DNA from: Eledone cirrhosa
Taxonomy: Eukaryota
Assembly: GCA_964016885.1 (NCBI GenBank)
Contig: OZ024741.1
Coordinates: 277,512,001 to 277,576,000 of the forward strand
Length of the DNA stretch: 64,000 nt
Reading direction: 5' to 3'
Under the pieces are notes generated by a model, which was not told the origin of the DNA, made no database searches, and saw nothing but the letters and a program-made list of their open reading frames with translations. Shown here piece by piece: positions 27,792-42,268 of the stretch. Position 1 is the stretch's first letter. Every line of letters begins with the position of its first letter. Made by a program: the position numbers and the translations under genes.

Positions 27792-27990
27792 GACGCTCAG
27801 CTTTATAATATTTGAGACTGAAGAGCGACAGAAAGAGTTAAGCAGTTAAATTATAGAGAGGGGGAATGATCTATTATAGAGAGAGGGAAGAGCGACGGAG
27901 AGAGTAAAGCTAAGAAACTATAGGGAGGTGTGTAGGATACATACATACATACATACATAATACATACACACGACACTCAGCTTTATAATA
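26420..27990 (+). repeat. Cluster of related non-autonomous (possibly Helitron-like) repeats
   Basis: gagagtgaagagcgacagaaagagtaaagcag.taaattatagagag recurs at ~26625, 27680 and 27820. The ending acgac.ctcagctttataata occurs at ~27790 and ~27970. Confidence 0.45.
27330..27622 (-). mobile_element. 3' end of CRE-like (RLE) non-LTR retrotransposon
   Basis: PGFAACRAEGANLLKYRSLSDRFAVVPLAMETSVVLGPRA...PRELEWLFRRVFLAVLRGNAFSIL matches the AE..K..KY...P.A.ET.G..G...QRGNA C-terminus of such elements. GC-rich island. Confidence 0.75.
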
Positions 27991-28004
27991 TTATAAATAT
28001 ATAT

Positions 28005-28076
<72 letters not shown>

Positions 28077-28083
28077 AAGGCGT

Positions 28084-28179
<96 letters not shown>

Positions 28180-28346
28180 CCACGCCTTGCTGTTTACTTA
28201 CTAATAACGACTTTGTGTTTACCCCGAGTTATAAGTTTGTATTTCTAACATACGAATCTTAAATATCATTGAGAAAGTAAGTAGCGACCGAAGAAGTTAC
28301 ACGGATTCTCTTCGGCAAGTTCGCAAGGTTCGCAAACTAATAGTTT

Positions 28347-28391
<45 letters not shown>

Positions 28392-28737
28392 TGCAGTAGA
28401 GTCAAAGGAAATGGCATGAATTGATTAGTTGGTTGCAAGAGATTGTTTGTCCAATCAATGGCGCCTGCGAGGCTCAATAGGTATATTTGTCCGTTGGATT
28501 ATTGGGAACAATACAGTGAATGTATGTTCGTTGAGAAAATATTTTCACTGACTTTCTTGATACAGTTTCTCCCCCACCCCAGTCCCTTCTCTCTCTATCT
28601 ATCTATCTATCTATCTGTCTGTCTGTCTGTATAGTTCTGTCTGTAATAGAAATCTCTGTTATTGTTTGCTTTCTTGCCTAAAGCTGTAAAGGACTTTCTG
28701 TTTTATACACACAGCACTCACACACAACCTTAAACGT

Positions 28738-28771
<34 letters not shown>

Positions 28772-28922
28772 GCGTGTGTGTGTGTGTGTGTGTGTGTGTG
28801 CACAAACAACTATATATATGTATGTATATATGTATGTATATATGTATGTATATATGTATGTGTATATGTATATACGCGCATATATGTGTATACATACATA
28901 TATATATGTTTGTGTCTGTGTA

Positions 28923-28967
<45 letters not shown>

Positions 28968-29019
28968 TATTATATATATATACTATTAGCTTCTCGCTAA
29001 AACAATTTCTATACTTTTC

Positions 29020-29064
<45 letters not shown>

Positions 29065-29158
29065 TGTGTGTGTATACACAGACAACTATATATACGTATG
29101 CATATATACGCGCATATATGTGTATACATACATATATATATGTCTGTGTGTGTGTATA

Positions 29159-29239
<81 letters not shown>

Positions 29240-29415
29240 GCATGTGTGTGTGTGTGTATTCACAGACAACTATATATACGTATGTATATATATGCGCATA
29301 TATGTGTATACATATATGTATGTGTGTATATATATATATGTGTGTGTGTGTGACTATGTGTGTGTGTGTATATGTATATATGTGTGTGTGTGTGTATATA
29401 TATATATATGTGTGT

Positions 29416-29483
<68 letters not shown>

Positions 29484-29928
29484 GTGTGTGGGTAGATTTA
29501 CAAAATATTTTCTTCACAAATATAAGGTTGTATGTTCTTCCTCTGCGCCACATCTTCATGTCTTTTAGTATGGCTTCGGATAGATCCAAGCCTGTCGGGT
29601 AAAATTGGCTGGAAGCCTTTCAGGTGGACTATACGTGTAGTACACACTGATTCTAATGGAGGATTATATTAATGGTACAAATACTTGTGGAATATTCAGC
29701 CACTTAAATTATATTTCAATGGGCAGGTTATCCAGTTACAACTATCGAACAACTATAATACTCGTCGAAACCAACTGAGATCCATTTACTTTCTTCGTGT
29801 GTATATTGTTGTTTTCCCCTACTCCTACTCAACTATTATTCCCCTCTATATCTCACTCTGCCTCTCTGTCACTTTCTTCTTTTCTCTTACTCTCTCACGT
29901 CTTGTTTATTCACATTATTTTCGTTTTT

Positions 29929-30070
29929 AGGGCGGTGGATTGGCAGTATCGGTAGTTCAAATCCCGCCGAAGTTAACTTTGTATTTCATCCTTACGGGGT
30001 TGATAAAATAAAGTACCAGTAATACACTGGCGTAATTGCTGGCCTTGTGCCAAAAGTAGAAACAATTATT
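29929..30070 (+). mobile_element. SINE family 1 with internal deletion
   Basis: Head ggcggtggattggcagtatcggtag is joined directly to ttcaaatcccgccg; normal tail. Confidence 0.8.
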
Positions 30071-30279
30071 TTAGGTTTGTTTTGTTTTTTTTCTTTTTTG
30101 TTGTTGCTTGGACTACCGTTTATTTTCTGTATGTACTATCATTTGTGATCCTGTCTCTGTTTCTGTACTCCTAAAGAAGGGCTAAAGCCCGACACGTCGA
30201 ACTTTCTTTCTCCTTTTCCATATTAAGCGTGAAACTAATAAGGCTTTTTGTATCTCTGTTTTTTCGTTTCCTTGAATTA

Positions 30280-30310
<31 letters not shown>

Positions 30311-30318
<8 letters not shown>

Positions 30319-30941
30319 TTGCGAGGTTTTTGATATGATATCGTGTGTCGAAACAAATATTATTATACTTGTGGAGGGTCATATTGTTATAATAATATTA
30401 CCAGAATTAATAACAGAACACACTCACTGTTTGGTTGGCTTTCGCTTCTGTATCTTTTATATCAGTTAATTTATTCGGACCTCAATGTTTACCATTGACT
30501 GACCAACGGTCAAAAATACAGATATAATATAGACACAAACACATATATATAGTCTAACAAAGTTCTTTCGTTGCACATCTGCAACATCGTCAGTGGTGCT
30601 ATTATGTTTCCTCCTGTTGTATTGTATGTCTACGCCATCTTTATTTAATCTCTTTTTTTATAAATTAAATAAAGATGGCGTAGACATACAATACAACAGG
30701 ATGAAACATAATAGCACCACTGACGATGTTGCAGATGAAAGAACTTTGTTAGAATATATATATATGTTTGTGTCTATATTATATCTGTATTTTTGACTGT
30801 TGGTCAGTCAATGGTAAACATTGAGGACCGAATAAATTAACTGATATAAAAGATACAGAAGCGAAAGCCAACCAAACAGTGAGTGTGTTCTGTTATTAAT
30901 TCTGGCAATATTATTACAACAATATGACCCTCCCCAAGTAT

Positions 30942-30947
<6 letters not shown>
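30311..30947. mobile_element. Inverted pair of PLE terminal repeats (lineage 2)
   Basis: ~30365-30649 is inverted relative to 30664-30947. The left arm has a ~55-nt extension. Homologous to 22110-22208 plus 22786-23020. Confidence 0.85.
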
Positions 30948-31017
<70 letters not shown>

Positions 31018-31085
31018 AGAGAGAGAGAGAGAGAGAGAGAGATGGGTGTTACTAAACTGATTTGTGATTTCCTCAGTCTCGGCAC

Positions 31086-31173
<88 letters not shown>

Positions 31174-31719
31174 TACACTTTAAGACAGATGTGACATATT
31201 CGTATTTATTGAATTATACGTATTTTAGTGACACCAACGTGAAGCTGTCATGCAATCATTACAACATCGACCGGCACCGATGTGATATCATCAGACGTTA
31301 ACGCAATTATGTGAGTGGGTTGATATATCAGAGGCAAAAGCTACCATATTTGCGAAAGTCCAATGCATTAAAAATAGTTTTTCGATGTACGATGGAAGAA
31401 AACCATAGTTAAATAAAGTACTCAGTAGAGAAGATACATATATATTTCATAAAGAAATAACTTCTACAGAACTAGAACTGTTTCGTTCATTTGAGATAAT
31501 TTGGAAAATTTTCCTGCTTATTTCAAACGAATGTATATTTTATTTCATGTGAATCATATATATATATATAGAGATATAGCGAAGGAAATGTGGTAAGGAA
31601 CCAGGTGGACCATAACGCACCAAAGTACTCAATACTTGGGGTAGTAGAGTGGGTAATAGGAACCAGTAAGACCCCAGGGTCTTACTGGTTCCTATATAGA
31701 TATATAGAGATATATATAT

Positions 31720-32018
31720 ATAGTATAAATAAAGTTTCATACTGTTAACATGTATGTGCGACTATTGGTTTCGGGGTCCAGTTATGGCTGTATATTGCAG
31801 GAGTCTCTTTCAAACCGACCCCTCATCGGGCACCAGGATAAATATACCCCGATGAGGGGTCAGTTTGGACGAGCCTGTGGTGGCCATAACTGGACACCGA
31901 AACCTAAGGTCGCACATACATGTTAAGTGTATGAAACATTATATATACTAAATAAGCTCTCCTGCTATAGATTGAGCTTCGTTTTCCTTGATCTTTCATC
32001 AACGGATAACCTGTATAT
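31720..32018. mobile_element. Inverted non-coding insertion carrying a hammerhead in each arm
   Basis: ~31720-31830 is inverted relative to ~31848-31950, with an extension to ~32018. Confidence 0.75.
31756..31833 (-). ncRNA. Type I hammerhead with variant core CCGAUGA
   Basis: Minus strand: GTGC-CCGATGA-GGGGTC...GACCCC-GAAA-CcaataG-TC-GCAC, GUC triplet. The partner on + at 31849-31915 reads CCGATGA...GAAA-CCtaaGG-TC-GCAC. Confidence 0.7.
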
Positions 32019-32199
32019 TTATATATATACATAGATGTGTGTGTGTGAGTTAGAAAATCTATTTTTGAATTGGTGTAATCTGGATGTGGGGGTGTTGATG
32101 GGTTTGATGGTTAAGTAATCTAAATTGGGCCTTTTGAGTACATGGCGGTGCTTCTGTTGGTGTATGGGTAAATTTAGTTTATGAGGGTATGTATATATA

Positions 32200-33142
<943 letters not shown>

Positions 33143-33190
33143 CAGCGTGTGCGTGCGCGCACACTCACACATATATATATATATAAATAA

Positions 33191-33374
<184 letters not shown>

Positions 33375-33404
33375 AGATCAAAAGATGGTTAAAGGAGTTC
33401 CATA

Positions 33405-33475
33405 TATTTTATTATGCGCATTTCAAAAACAAACATCATCAAGCAATAATATTTGTGTTTTCATCAGATAAAACA
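33405..33475 (-). ncRNA. Type I hammerhead ribozyme (inverted copy)
   Basis: Reverse complement of 37996-38066. Confidence 0.88.
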
Positions 33476-34635
33476 GGAGAACATGATATGAAGGCTAAAA
33501 AACACTTGTTGATAGTGCAGTTTTAAATCAACATATGAAAAGTGGTTTTAGATTGATGTGTGATATTGGGAAAAATATTTTATTTAGAGAGGGGGGTGGA
33601 AAAGGATGAAAAGGGAAGGAGATGAGAGGGAGAGATGGGTGATAGAGAGAAAGAGATAGTTTTTATAACTGAGAGGAGATATATTTTTTACATAGAGGGG
33701 TTGAAAACCGTTGGAAGATACTGTATAAATTAAAAATTTTGAAAATTAACGAAGGGAGGATATGTGCGAGGAAAAAATATTTTATTTAGGGAGGGGGGGG
33801 GGGGTGGAAAGGATGAAAAAAAGGGGGGAGGAGATGAGAGTGAAGGTGGAGAGGGAGAGATGGGTGATAGAGAGAAAGAGATAGTTTTTATAACTGAGAA
33901 AAAGATATATTGTTTTAATATAGAGAGGTTGGGAACCGTTGGAAGATAATGTATAAATTAAAGGAATTTGAAAATTAACGAAGGGAAATTATGTATGAAG
34001 ATAGAGAGAAAAAATAATAATTGTGGGTGAATATTCTAACGTCAAAAGAAGAAATGTATGTATTGTGGCAATTTCAAAATTAGCGAAGAGAAAAATTGTT
34101 AAGGTTTGTGTGTAGAAGGATTTGAGAAAAATAATGTGAAGTTAAAGTTTGTATATTGAATTGATATGTATTAATAATGAGTTCGTTGATGGGGAGAAAA
34201 AAATAATAATAAATTAAGGATGAAATTGAGATTAAAAAGATTTATGATAGAGAGAAAAAATAATAATGATTGCGGATGAATATTCAAAATGTCAAAAACA
34301 AATGTTATTATTTTACGAGAAGATAGAATGAGGGTAATGAGTAAACGAGTATTATAGAGTGTATAATGCCCTTTAAAGTAAGGTAAGGTAGATGGGTATA
34401 TTTTAAAGAGGTGTATGTATATGTGCCTTTGAGAAAAGATTCTAAATTGATAAAGAATTGAATATTAACTGTATACTTTGTGAAAAGTTCTATGGAATTT
34501 ATGCAGGCAGATAGAAAACAAATCTGAGCGTCTATTTATTATAGAATCTAGGTTAGAGATAATGGTAAATTTTTCATTTAGGCAGAGATTACAGATTTTA
34601 GATAGAGAGCTGTTCAAGTATGAGGATGCAGAAGA

Positions 34636-37005
34636 AAAGACATTCCTATACCTGGTAAATCTGAATTCACCAAACTTCTTATTGAAAAAACTGACTCCTT
34701 CGTAAGAAGACTTAGATGGACAGCCTATTTCTATGACCAGCGCCTAAAAGGGAACTTTCATACCAAAGAACACAACTTCCTCGATCATCTTTTTAATTCT
34801 AGACGAAATCCTCCTTCCAACAAAAATCTAGCACAATTCGAGGAAGAATTAACTAAAATAATAAAAAATCTTAAATTCAAGAGATACCCTTACAAAGGAC
34901 AAGAGCACCTTGTAAATCTCAAGAACACAATCTCTAACCTAAATTCCTCAAAAAATGTTTTAGTCCACTCTGACAAAACCAATAACCTATATGGTATTTC
35001 CAAGGATAATTATAACAACCTTATCCTAAAGGAACTTAGGAAAAAGTATCGTAAAACCAACCATGAAAATTTAGAATGCATAAACCTTGAAGCCTATGAG
35101 ATTATGTCAAAACTTGGCATTGAAAAAAAGACCGAACCATTCCTCCCAAGAACTCCGAGGTTAAATCTCAAGGATCACAAAAACAATTTTCGCACTGAAC
35201 TACCTGTTAGATTAATCGCCCCCTCTAAATCTGATCTGGGGGTTGTTAGTAAAGCCATCTTGGATAGGATTATCCCACAGGTTAGTTCTAATTGCTCTTC
35301 TTTAAACCTAAATTTATGGTTTGGTACTTCTGAAGTGATTGGCTGGTTCAACAAATTGGATAATAAAAACAAACTAAAATTTATTCAATTCGATATTGCC
35401 AGCTACTATTCCTCCATTTCGCCTTCACTTCTCAATAATGCTCTATCTTTCGCACTTAAATATTCTGACATCACCACAGATGAACTTCACATCATCCTCA
35501 CCGCACGTAAAACCATCCTAGAGTTCAACAACGAATATTGGACCAGAGCCGATACCTCTAACAACTTCGACATCACAATGGGAGCATCCGATTCATCCCA
35601 ATTGACTGATTTAATTGGTATCTTCATTTTGAACTCTTTGAGTCGGAAAATTCCTCAACTTCGCGGTGGAATTTATCGTGACGATGGACTCTTTACTATC
35701 CTAAATTGCAATATAGTTAAACTTAATATTATTAAGAACAATATACGTAATCTCTTTAACCAACATAACCTAAAAATTGAATTTGATAATAGTATCAAAC
35801 TAGCTAATTTCTTGGATGTATCTCTTAATCTTGACACTGGCCTATATTACCCTTACCATAAAAACGAGAATCTTAATTATGTTAACTTTAAATCTAACCA
35901 TCCTACCAATATCAAGAATGCTATAGTTAATAATATTGGAAATAGAATATCTAACATATCTTCTAATAAAAACATCTTTGATGCTAACGCCAATTACTAT
36001 AATAACGCACTTTCTAAAGCCGGCTATCCAGATAAAATCAAATATAATAAAGAAACAAATTCTAGGAAAACTTACAGTAGAATAATTAATCATGACCATT
36101 CCAATAATTTTAATAAAAGACCTAGATACAAAAACATAATCTGGTATAATGCTCCTTTCTCCATCTCTATTAATAACAATATTCCTAAATTATTTTTTAG
36201 TGCCTTAAATAAATGCTTCCCTCCCTCACATATCTATAGTAAAATATTTAACAAACACACCATCAAATTTTCGTATTCTACATCCTCCAATATTTCCAAC
36301 ATCATCTCTAAACACAACAACAAAATATTAAATACTAAATCTCTTCCTTCCAATATCGAATTTCATAATAACAGTAATAGTACTCCCGACGTCATTGTAA
36401 ACCCTAGGCTAACTTCTGTAAACCCAAATACAACGTCAAACACAACTTCGCTAAATGTTCATAATCCAACTCTAAATCAAGAAACTATTATTCCTATTAT
36501 TCCTATCGCAAACAACTTCTCCAATCCAATTCCTTCTATAGATAACACTAGATCACTCATTAATAATCTCTCTAATTGCAACTGCCGCATTAAAAATAAA
36601 TGTCCTCTCAACAACCATTGCCTCGATAAAAACTTAATTTATGAATGTAAAATTATAACTAGCACCAATTCCTTCACCTATTTTGGCTCCACTTCCACCT
36701 CTTTTAAAGCTCGTCTCTATAATCATCATTCATCTTTCAAATACAAACTTAAAAGAACTAACACTGCTCTCTCAGAACTCATATGGTCCTTAAAAGACAA
36801 AAACATTAAATATAACATCTTTTGGAAAAAGATTTCTTCTGCATCCTCATACTTGAACAGCTCTCTATCTAAAATCTGTAATCTCTGCCTAAATGAAAAA
36901 TTTACCATTATCTCTAACCTAGATTCTATAATAAATAGACGCTCAGATTTGTTTTCTATCTGCCTGCATAAATTCCATAGAACTTTTCACAAAGTATACA
37001 GTTAA
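34636..37005 (+). CDS. PLE RT-GIY-YIG polyprotein, uninterrupted, slightly 5'-truncated (~789 codons)
   Basis: The frame is open upstream of the Met at 35104 (KDIPIPGKSEFTKLLIEKTDSFVRRLRW...SDKTNNLY). RT motifs FIQFDIASYYSSI, MGASDSSQ, GIYRDDG, NFLDV. Nuclease region CNCRIKNKCPL, LIY...YFGSTSTSFKARL, CNLCLNEK. Confidence 0.92.
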   Translation, partial: KDIPIPGKSEFTKLLIEKTDSFVRRLRWTAYFYDQRLKGNFHTKEHNFLDHLFNSRRNPPSNKNLAQFEEELTKIIKNLKFKRYPYKGQEHLVNLKNTISNLNSSKNVLVHSDKTNNLYGISKDNYNNLILKELRKKYRKTNHENLECINLEAYEIMSKLGIEKKTEPFLPRTPRLNLKDHKNNFRTELPVRLIAPSKSDLGVVSKAILDRIIPQVSSNCSSLNLNLWFGTSEVIGWFNKLDNKNKLKFIQFDIASYYSSISPSLLNNALSFALKYSDITTDELHIILTARKTILEFNNEYWTRADTSNNFDITMGASDSSQLTDLIGIFILNSLSRKIPQLRGGIYRDDGLFTILNCNIVKLNIIKNNIRNLFNQHNLKIEFDNSIKLANFLDVSLNLDTGLYYPYHKNENLNYVNFKSNHPTNIKNAIVNNIGNRISNISSNKNIFDANANYYNNALSKAGYPDKIKYNKETNSRKTYSRIINHDHSNNFNKRPRYKNIIWYNAPFSISINNNIPKLFFSALNKCFPPSHIYSKIFNKHTIKFSYSTSSNISNIISKHNNKILNTKSLPSNIEFHNNSNSTPDVIVNPRLTSVNPNTTSNTTSLNVHNPTLNQETIIPIIPIANNFSNPIPSIDNTRSLINNLSNCNCRIKNKCPLNNHCLDKNLIYECKIITSTNSFTYFGSTSTSFKARLYNHHSSFKYKLKRTNTALSELIWSLKDKNIKYNIFWKKISSASSYLNSSLSKICNLCLNEKFTIISNLDSIINRRSDLFSICLHKFHRTFHKVYS

Positions 37006-37995
37006 TATTCAATTCTTTATCAATTTAGAATCTTTTCTCAAAGGCACATATACATACACCTCTTTAAAATATACCCATCTACCTTACCTTACTTTAAAGG
37101 GCATTATACACTCTATAATACTCGTTTACTCATTACCCTCATTCTATCTTCTCGTAAAATAATAACATTTGTTTTTGACATTTTGAATATTCATCCGCAA
37201 TCATTATTATTTTTTCTCTCTATCATAAATCTTTTTAATCTCAATTTCATCCTTAATTTATTATTATTTTTTTCTCCCCATCAACGAACTCATTATTAAT
37301 ACATATCAATTCAATATACAAACTTTAACTTCACATTATTTTTCTCAAATCCTTCTACACACAAACCTTAACAATTTTTCTCTTCGCTAATTTTGAAATT
37401 GCCACAATACATACATTTCTTCTTTTGACGTTAGAATATTCACCCACAATTATTATTTTTTCTCTCTATCTTCATACATAATTTCCCTTCGTTAATTTTC
37501 AAATTCCTTTAATTTATACATTATCTTCCAACGGTTCCCAACCTCTCTATATTAAAACAATATATCTTTTTCTCAGTTATAAAAACTATCTCTTTCTCTC
37601 TATCACCCATCTCTCCCTCTCCACCTTCACTCTCATCTCCTCCCCCCTTTTTTTCATCCTTTCCACCCCCCCCCCCCTCCCTAAATAAAATATTTTTTCC
37701 TCGCACATATCCTCCCTTCGTTAATTTTCAAAATTTTTAATTTATACAGTATCTTCCAACGGTTTTCAACCCCTCTATGTAAAAAATATATCTCCTCTCA
37801 GTTATAAAAACTATCTCTTTCTCTCTATCACCCATCTCTCCCTCTCATCTCCTTCCCTTTTCATCCTTTTCCACCCCCCCTCTCTAAATAAAATATTTTT
37901 CCCAATATCACACATCAATCTAAAACCACTTTTCATATGTTGATTTAAAACTGCACTATCAACAAGTGTTTTTTAGCCTTCATATCATGTTCTCC

Positions 37996-38066
37996 TGTTT
38001 TATCTGATGAAAACACAAATATTATTGCTTGATGATGTTTGTTTTTGAAATGCGCATAATAAAATA
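37996..38066 (+). ncRNA. Type I hammerhead ribozyme with palindromic stem III
   Basis: TGTTTTAT-CTGATGA-AAACACAAATATTATTgcttGATGATGTTTGTTTTT-GAAA-TGCGCA-TA-ATAAAATA. Predicted cleavage after 38058. Confidence 0.9.
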
Positions 38067-38187
38067 TATGGAACTCCTTTAACCATCTTTTGATCTTATA
38101 TTATGCATACTCCAGTCCCACAAACTGTAGAGTGCTTCTTATCCGATATCTGCATTGCTTTATTGTACTACAATAAAACTCACCTCC

Positions 38188-38266
<79 letters not shown>

Positions 38267-38565
38267 ATATACGATAAAGTATGTCCATAGAATCATTTGA
38301 TAATATATATACACCATTTCCTCTCCCAATTACCATAATTAACCACACAAAAAATCAATTAAACCAGGCTATAAGATTAAAAGGCACCTATGAAGAAATA
38401 GTAGATAAATAAACGACAGCAATCTCTTCGCGACCAACCGCTATAGAATATTTACCCAACATTTCAATAGCACGTGGAAATCGATTAAAGATACCGTCAA
38501 CCATACACAATTAGGTATAAAATTTAAGTTAGAAGAAAAAATGTATATAAACATACCAAGATTAC

Positions 38566-38647
38566 GTTTCTACCCCATGGGTTTTCATTCGCTTTTGGAA
38601 ATATCCGATCAAAGATAAATTCACGAGCTTCGAAATCATCAGGAATC
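38566..38647 (-). ncRNA. Hammerhead motif in a small (TA)n-flanked element
   Basis: Minus strand: TTC-CTGATGA-tTTCG...CGAAt-GAAA-aCCCATGGGg-TA-GAA. Palindromic CCCATGGG, GUA triplet, short stem I. Confidence 0.65.
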
Positions 38648-39023
38648 AGTGATTCTAAAGAATGAAACAGTTCTAGTCCTGTAGAATCTCATCTATATAT
38701 ATATATAATGAATCCTCTATTCGATCATGGAATACCACGAGCGTGCCTGTTACGTAAGTCGGATATTTGATTTCGGATTCACAGAAACACTTTAAACGTA
38801 TATCGTTTGATTTATGCAGGTGTATCTTTTTAACCTGTTAGTTTTTTCGCTACTTTGGTATTGTGTGTTAGGTTTTGCCTACCACAATGTTCAATTTGTC
38901 AAGCTATTTAAACGTATGTTATTACTCAAGGACCTACAGTTATTGAGTACTTTGCTAACTCATTCCTATTGTAGGTCGACTTTGCTTGCCCACAGCCAAA
39001 GCTTCGATTTTACTAAGCTTCCA

Positions 39024-39132
<109 letters not shown>

Positions 39133-39176
39133 TTATATATAAGTATATATATATATATATATATACTTATATATAA

Positions 39177-39232
<56 letters not shown>

Positions 39233-39388
39233 ACAACAATATCCCCAATCAAAGAGATTCTCATTACTTTCATGTAGATATATAGATATATTCTTAAATC
39301 TTTTTACATAAACCTCACCACCACATATTTACCACACCCATTAAATATCTATTAACACACAACACAAATACCCCCAAGAGCTCACACA

Positions 39389-39484
<96 letters not shown>

Positions 39485-40059
39485 TGCCTACATCTCCAAT
39501 GAAAGAGATTCACCAATACCCCATCCCATCTCACTTAATCCAACTAGTTACCACAAATAGACATTCTAGTTAACTTGACCAGCCATGCTTGACCTTCAAT
39601 AAAATACAATACAGTTCTTTGATTAACGCCAAACCCAAAACTGATTTTCCTAAACAATAATTAATTTCTATATACATAATTCCTCCCCTCTTTTACGGAT
39701 ATTGCCTCATACAAACACATATACACATATACACATAAATACATATACAAACAGGTACACGCAAACGCACATACACACACACACACACACACACGCACAC
39801 ATACGCATACACCGACAAACAAAGAAACACATGCAAACACATGCACGCTCACGTACACATACAAACAAATACATACACATACACATACAAACAAGCAAAC
39901 ACACACAGACATACACAAACAAACACACACAGACATACACAAACAAACACACACACACACATACACATACAAACAAGCATACACACACATACATATACAA
40001 ACAAGCACACACACACACATACACAGACAAACAAGTACATACACATACACATACAAACA

Positions 40060-40120
<61 letters not shown>

Positions 40121-40710
40121 AGACAAACAAGCACACACACACACACATACACATACAAACAAGCACACACACACATACACATACAAACAAGCACACACAC
40201 ACATACACAGACAAACAAGCACATACACACATGCACATAAAAATAAGCGCGCACACATACACACACATACACACACATACGCACACACGCAAACAAGCAC
40301 ACAAGCATACACATACACATGCCCACAAGCACTATCATATCCACTCAAAATACCCAATTTAGTCTAATAAACTAGCTAACATATCAACACAAACACACCC
40401 ATGTAACACTCAGGCCCAAACAAATGAATTCTTTAACTCTCTTATCGCCACCCTGACTTACATAAAACTATATAAGACATTACGACTTCCACCTAACGCG
40501 GCTGGAAGATGCGAACATATATATATATATATATATATATAAGGAATTTATATCTAGTAACATTTATATACACACAGATGCATATCAATGCTAGCAAATA
40601 TATAGGTTTTGTCTTATTAACATTGTGGTTCAATGCATGGGGTTGCAGAACAGTAATATGAGAGACGTAAAATAAGAAAATTATTAAATTAACTTACTTA
40701 CTAAAATATA

Positions 40711-40900
40711 GTAATAATTGTTTCTACTTTAGGCACAAGGCCAGCAATTACCCAGTGCATTACTGGTACTTTATTTTATCGACCCCGTAAGGATGAAAGG
40801 CAAAGTCAACCTCGGCGGGATTTGAACTCAGATCGTAAAGGGACGTAACTATGCTGGAAAGCATGGCGTCCGACCCTCTACCGATACTGCCAATCCACCG
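40711..40900 (-). mobile_element. SINE family 1, well preserved
   Basis: Nearly identical to 2390-2582. Confidence 0.88.
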
Positions 40901-41088
40901 ATAGTAATAATAATAAATGTGAAGTCTAAAATCCGAAGAGGGCTCAATAAGGATAATATATATATCAAAATATATAAAACCATAGAGCAAATATTTATTA
41001 AAATAACAGATTTAAGTTTCAGAAGATCCCGTTAGGGTGAAAGCAGCGATTCTTTGCTTAAACTTTAATCTGTTATTTTAATAAATAA

Positions 41089-41131
<43 letters not shown>

Positions 41132-41134
<3 letters not shown>

Positions 41135-41175
41135 CTGATGATTTCTAAAGAATGAAACAGTTCTAGTCCTGTAAA
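41132..41175 (+). ncRNA. Hammerhead core lacking a pairing 5' stem I strand
   Basis: CTGATGA-tTTCtaaaGAAt-GAAA-CagttctaG-TC directly after (TA)n. Related sequence at 38652-38690 and ~31455-31480 (-). Confidence 0.55.
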
Positions 41176-41644
41176 ATCTCATCTATATTAAAACTTTTAT
41201 ACTCTGCAATGTATTGAGTACCTTACTTACTGTGGTTACCTCCAATTCAACCCGGAATAACGTATATATATATATATATATGTGTGTGTGTGGGGGGGGG
41301 GGGTTCTAAGAAGAAAAATGACTGTGCCTTCGAAGTTTCAGCTTAGCCGCATCATCCAGCCGCGTTAGGTGGAGGTCGTAAATGGCTTATATAGTTTTAT
41401 ATAAGTCAGGGTGGTGATAAGAGGGTTAAAGTCTAATGAGAAACGGGACATACTGGTGGCTTAGTTCGGATCTAGCATTAAGTGTGGCCGACCCCGAGTT
41501 CGGGAACAATTGAAGGTACCAGGTTCGTGTGTTGTATTGAAGTGAATAACTATGTCTATACTCTGGGAGTTTATGTAACATTACCTATTGAGTACGCTGA
41601 GATACAACCGGTCCTGGCAGTGATACCTATGCTAGTTCCGTCAA

Positions 41645-41689
<45 letters not shown>

Positions 41690-41691
<2 letters not shown>

Positions 41692-41955
41692 AGATTCAGG
41701 ACCCCGACGACTGAGCTCCGGCCGTCTCGACAGCTAGGTCCGAACTAAGCCACTATGTCCTGTTTCTCATTAGACATTTAACCCACCATGCGTCAACATA
41801 CAATCGACATACTGGTGGCTTAGTTCGGATCTAGCTGTCGAAACGGCTCAGCCGTCGGGGTCCTGAATCTTTTCCTATTACCCAGTCTACTACCCCAAGT
41901 ATCGAGTACTCTGGTGCGTTATGGTCCACCTGGTATCTTACCACACCCTCCTTGT
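41690..41955. mobile_element. Inverted short non-coding element family (also ~31575-31705 and 48245-48458)
   Basis: Shared tail tcctattacccactctactaccc.aagtattgagtactttggtgcgttatggtcca. Each copy has an inverted partial duplicate and (TA)n or (GATA)n flanks. Confidence 0.7.
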
Positions 41956-42005
<50 letters not shown>

Positions 42006-42268
42006 TTTTTTTTTTTTTTTTTTTTTTATTTCTTTATTAGCCACAGGGGCACAAAAGAAGGGGACAAATACAAAGGGGGAAGTTTACATACAATAAAAAC
42101 GTGTAAAATGTTATCACAAATGGAATTTAAAAAGTTAGTCGATTTTCCCCAATAGAGGGAGACAGTTTATATGGGTAACACATACCCCCGAAAAAAAAAT
42201 GTGCAACCCTCATCTCCAGGAGTACGAAGAGTTTGTACTCCTTTCCTCTCCTCCTCCTTTTCCTCAAC

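Noticed and set aside
31240-31300. Minus-strand CTGATGA followed by a hairpin
   Set aside because: No GAAA box or stem I partner; at best a dead remnant.
33764-37706. Identical 61-aa ORFs at 33764(+) and 37521(-)
   Set aside because: They are a by-product of the PLE inverted repeat and lie antisense to its 3' UTR.
41320-41365. Minus-strand CTGGATGA..GAAA-CTTCGAAG-GC
   Set aside because: The core has an insertion and the cleavage triplet is lost; noted only for its palindrome.
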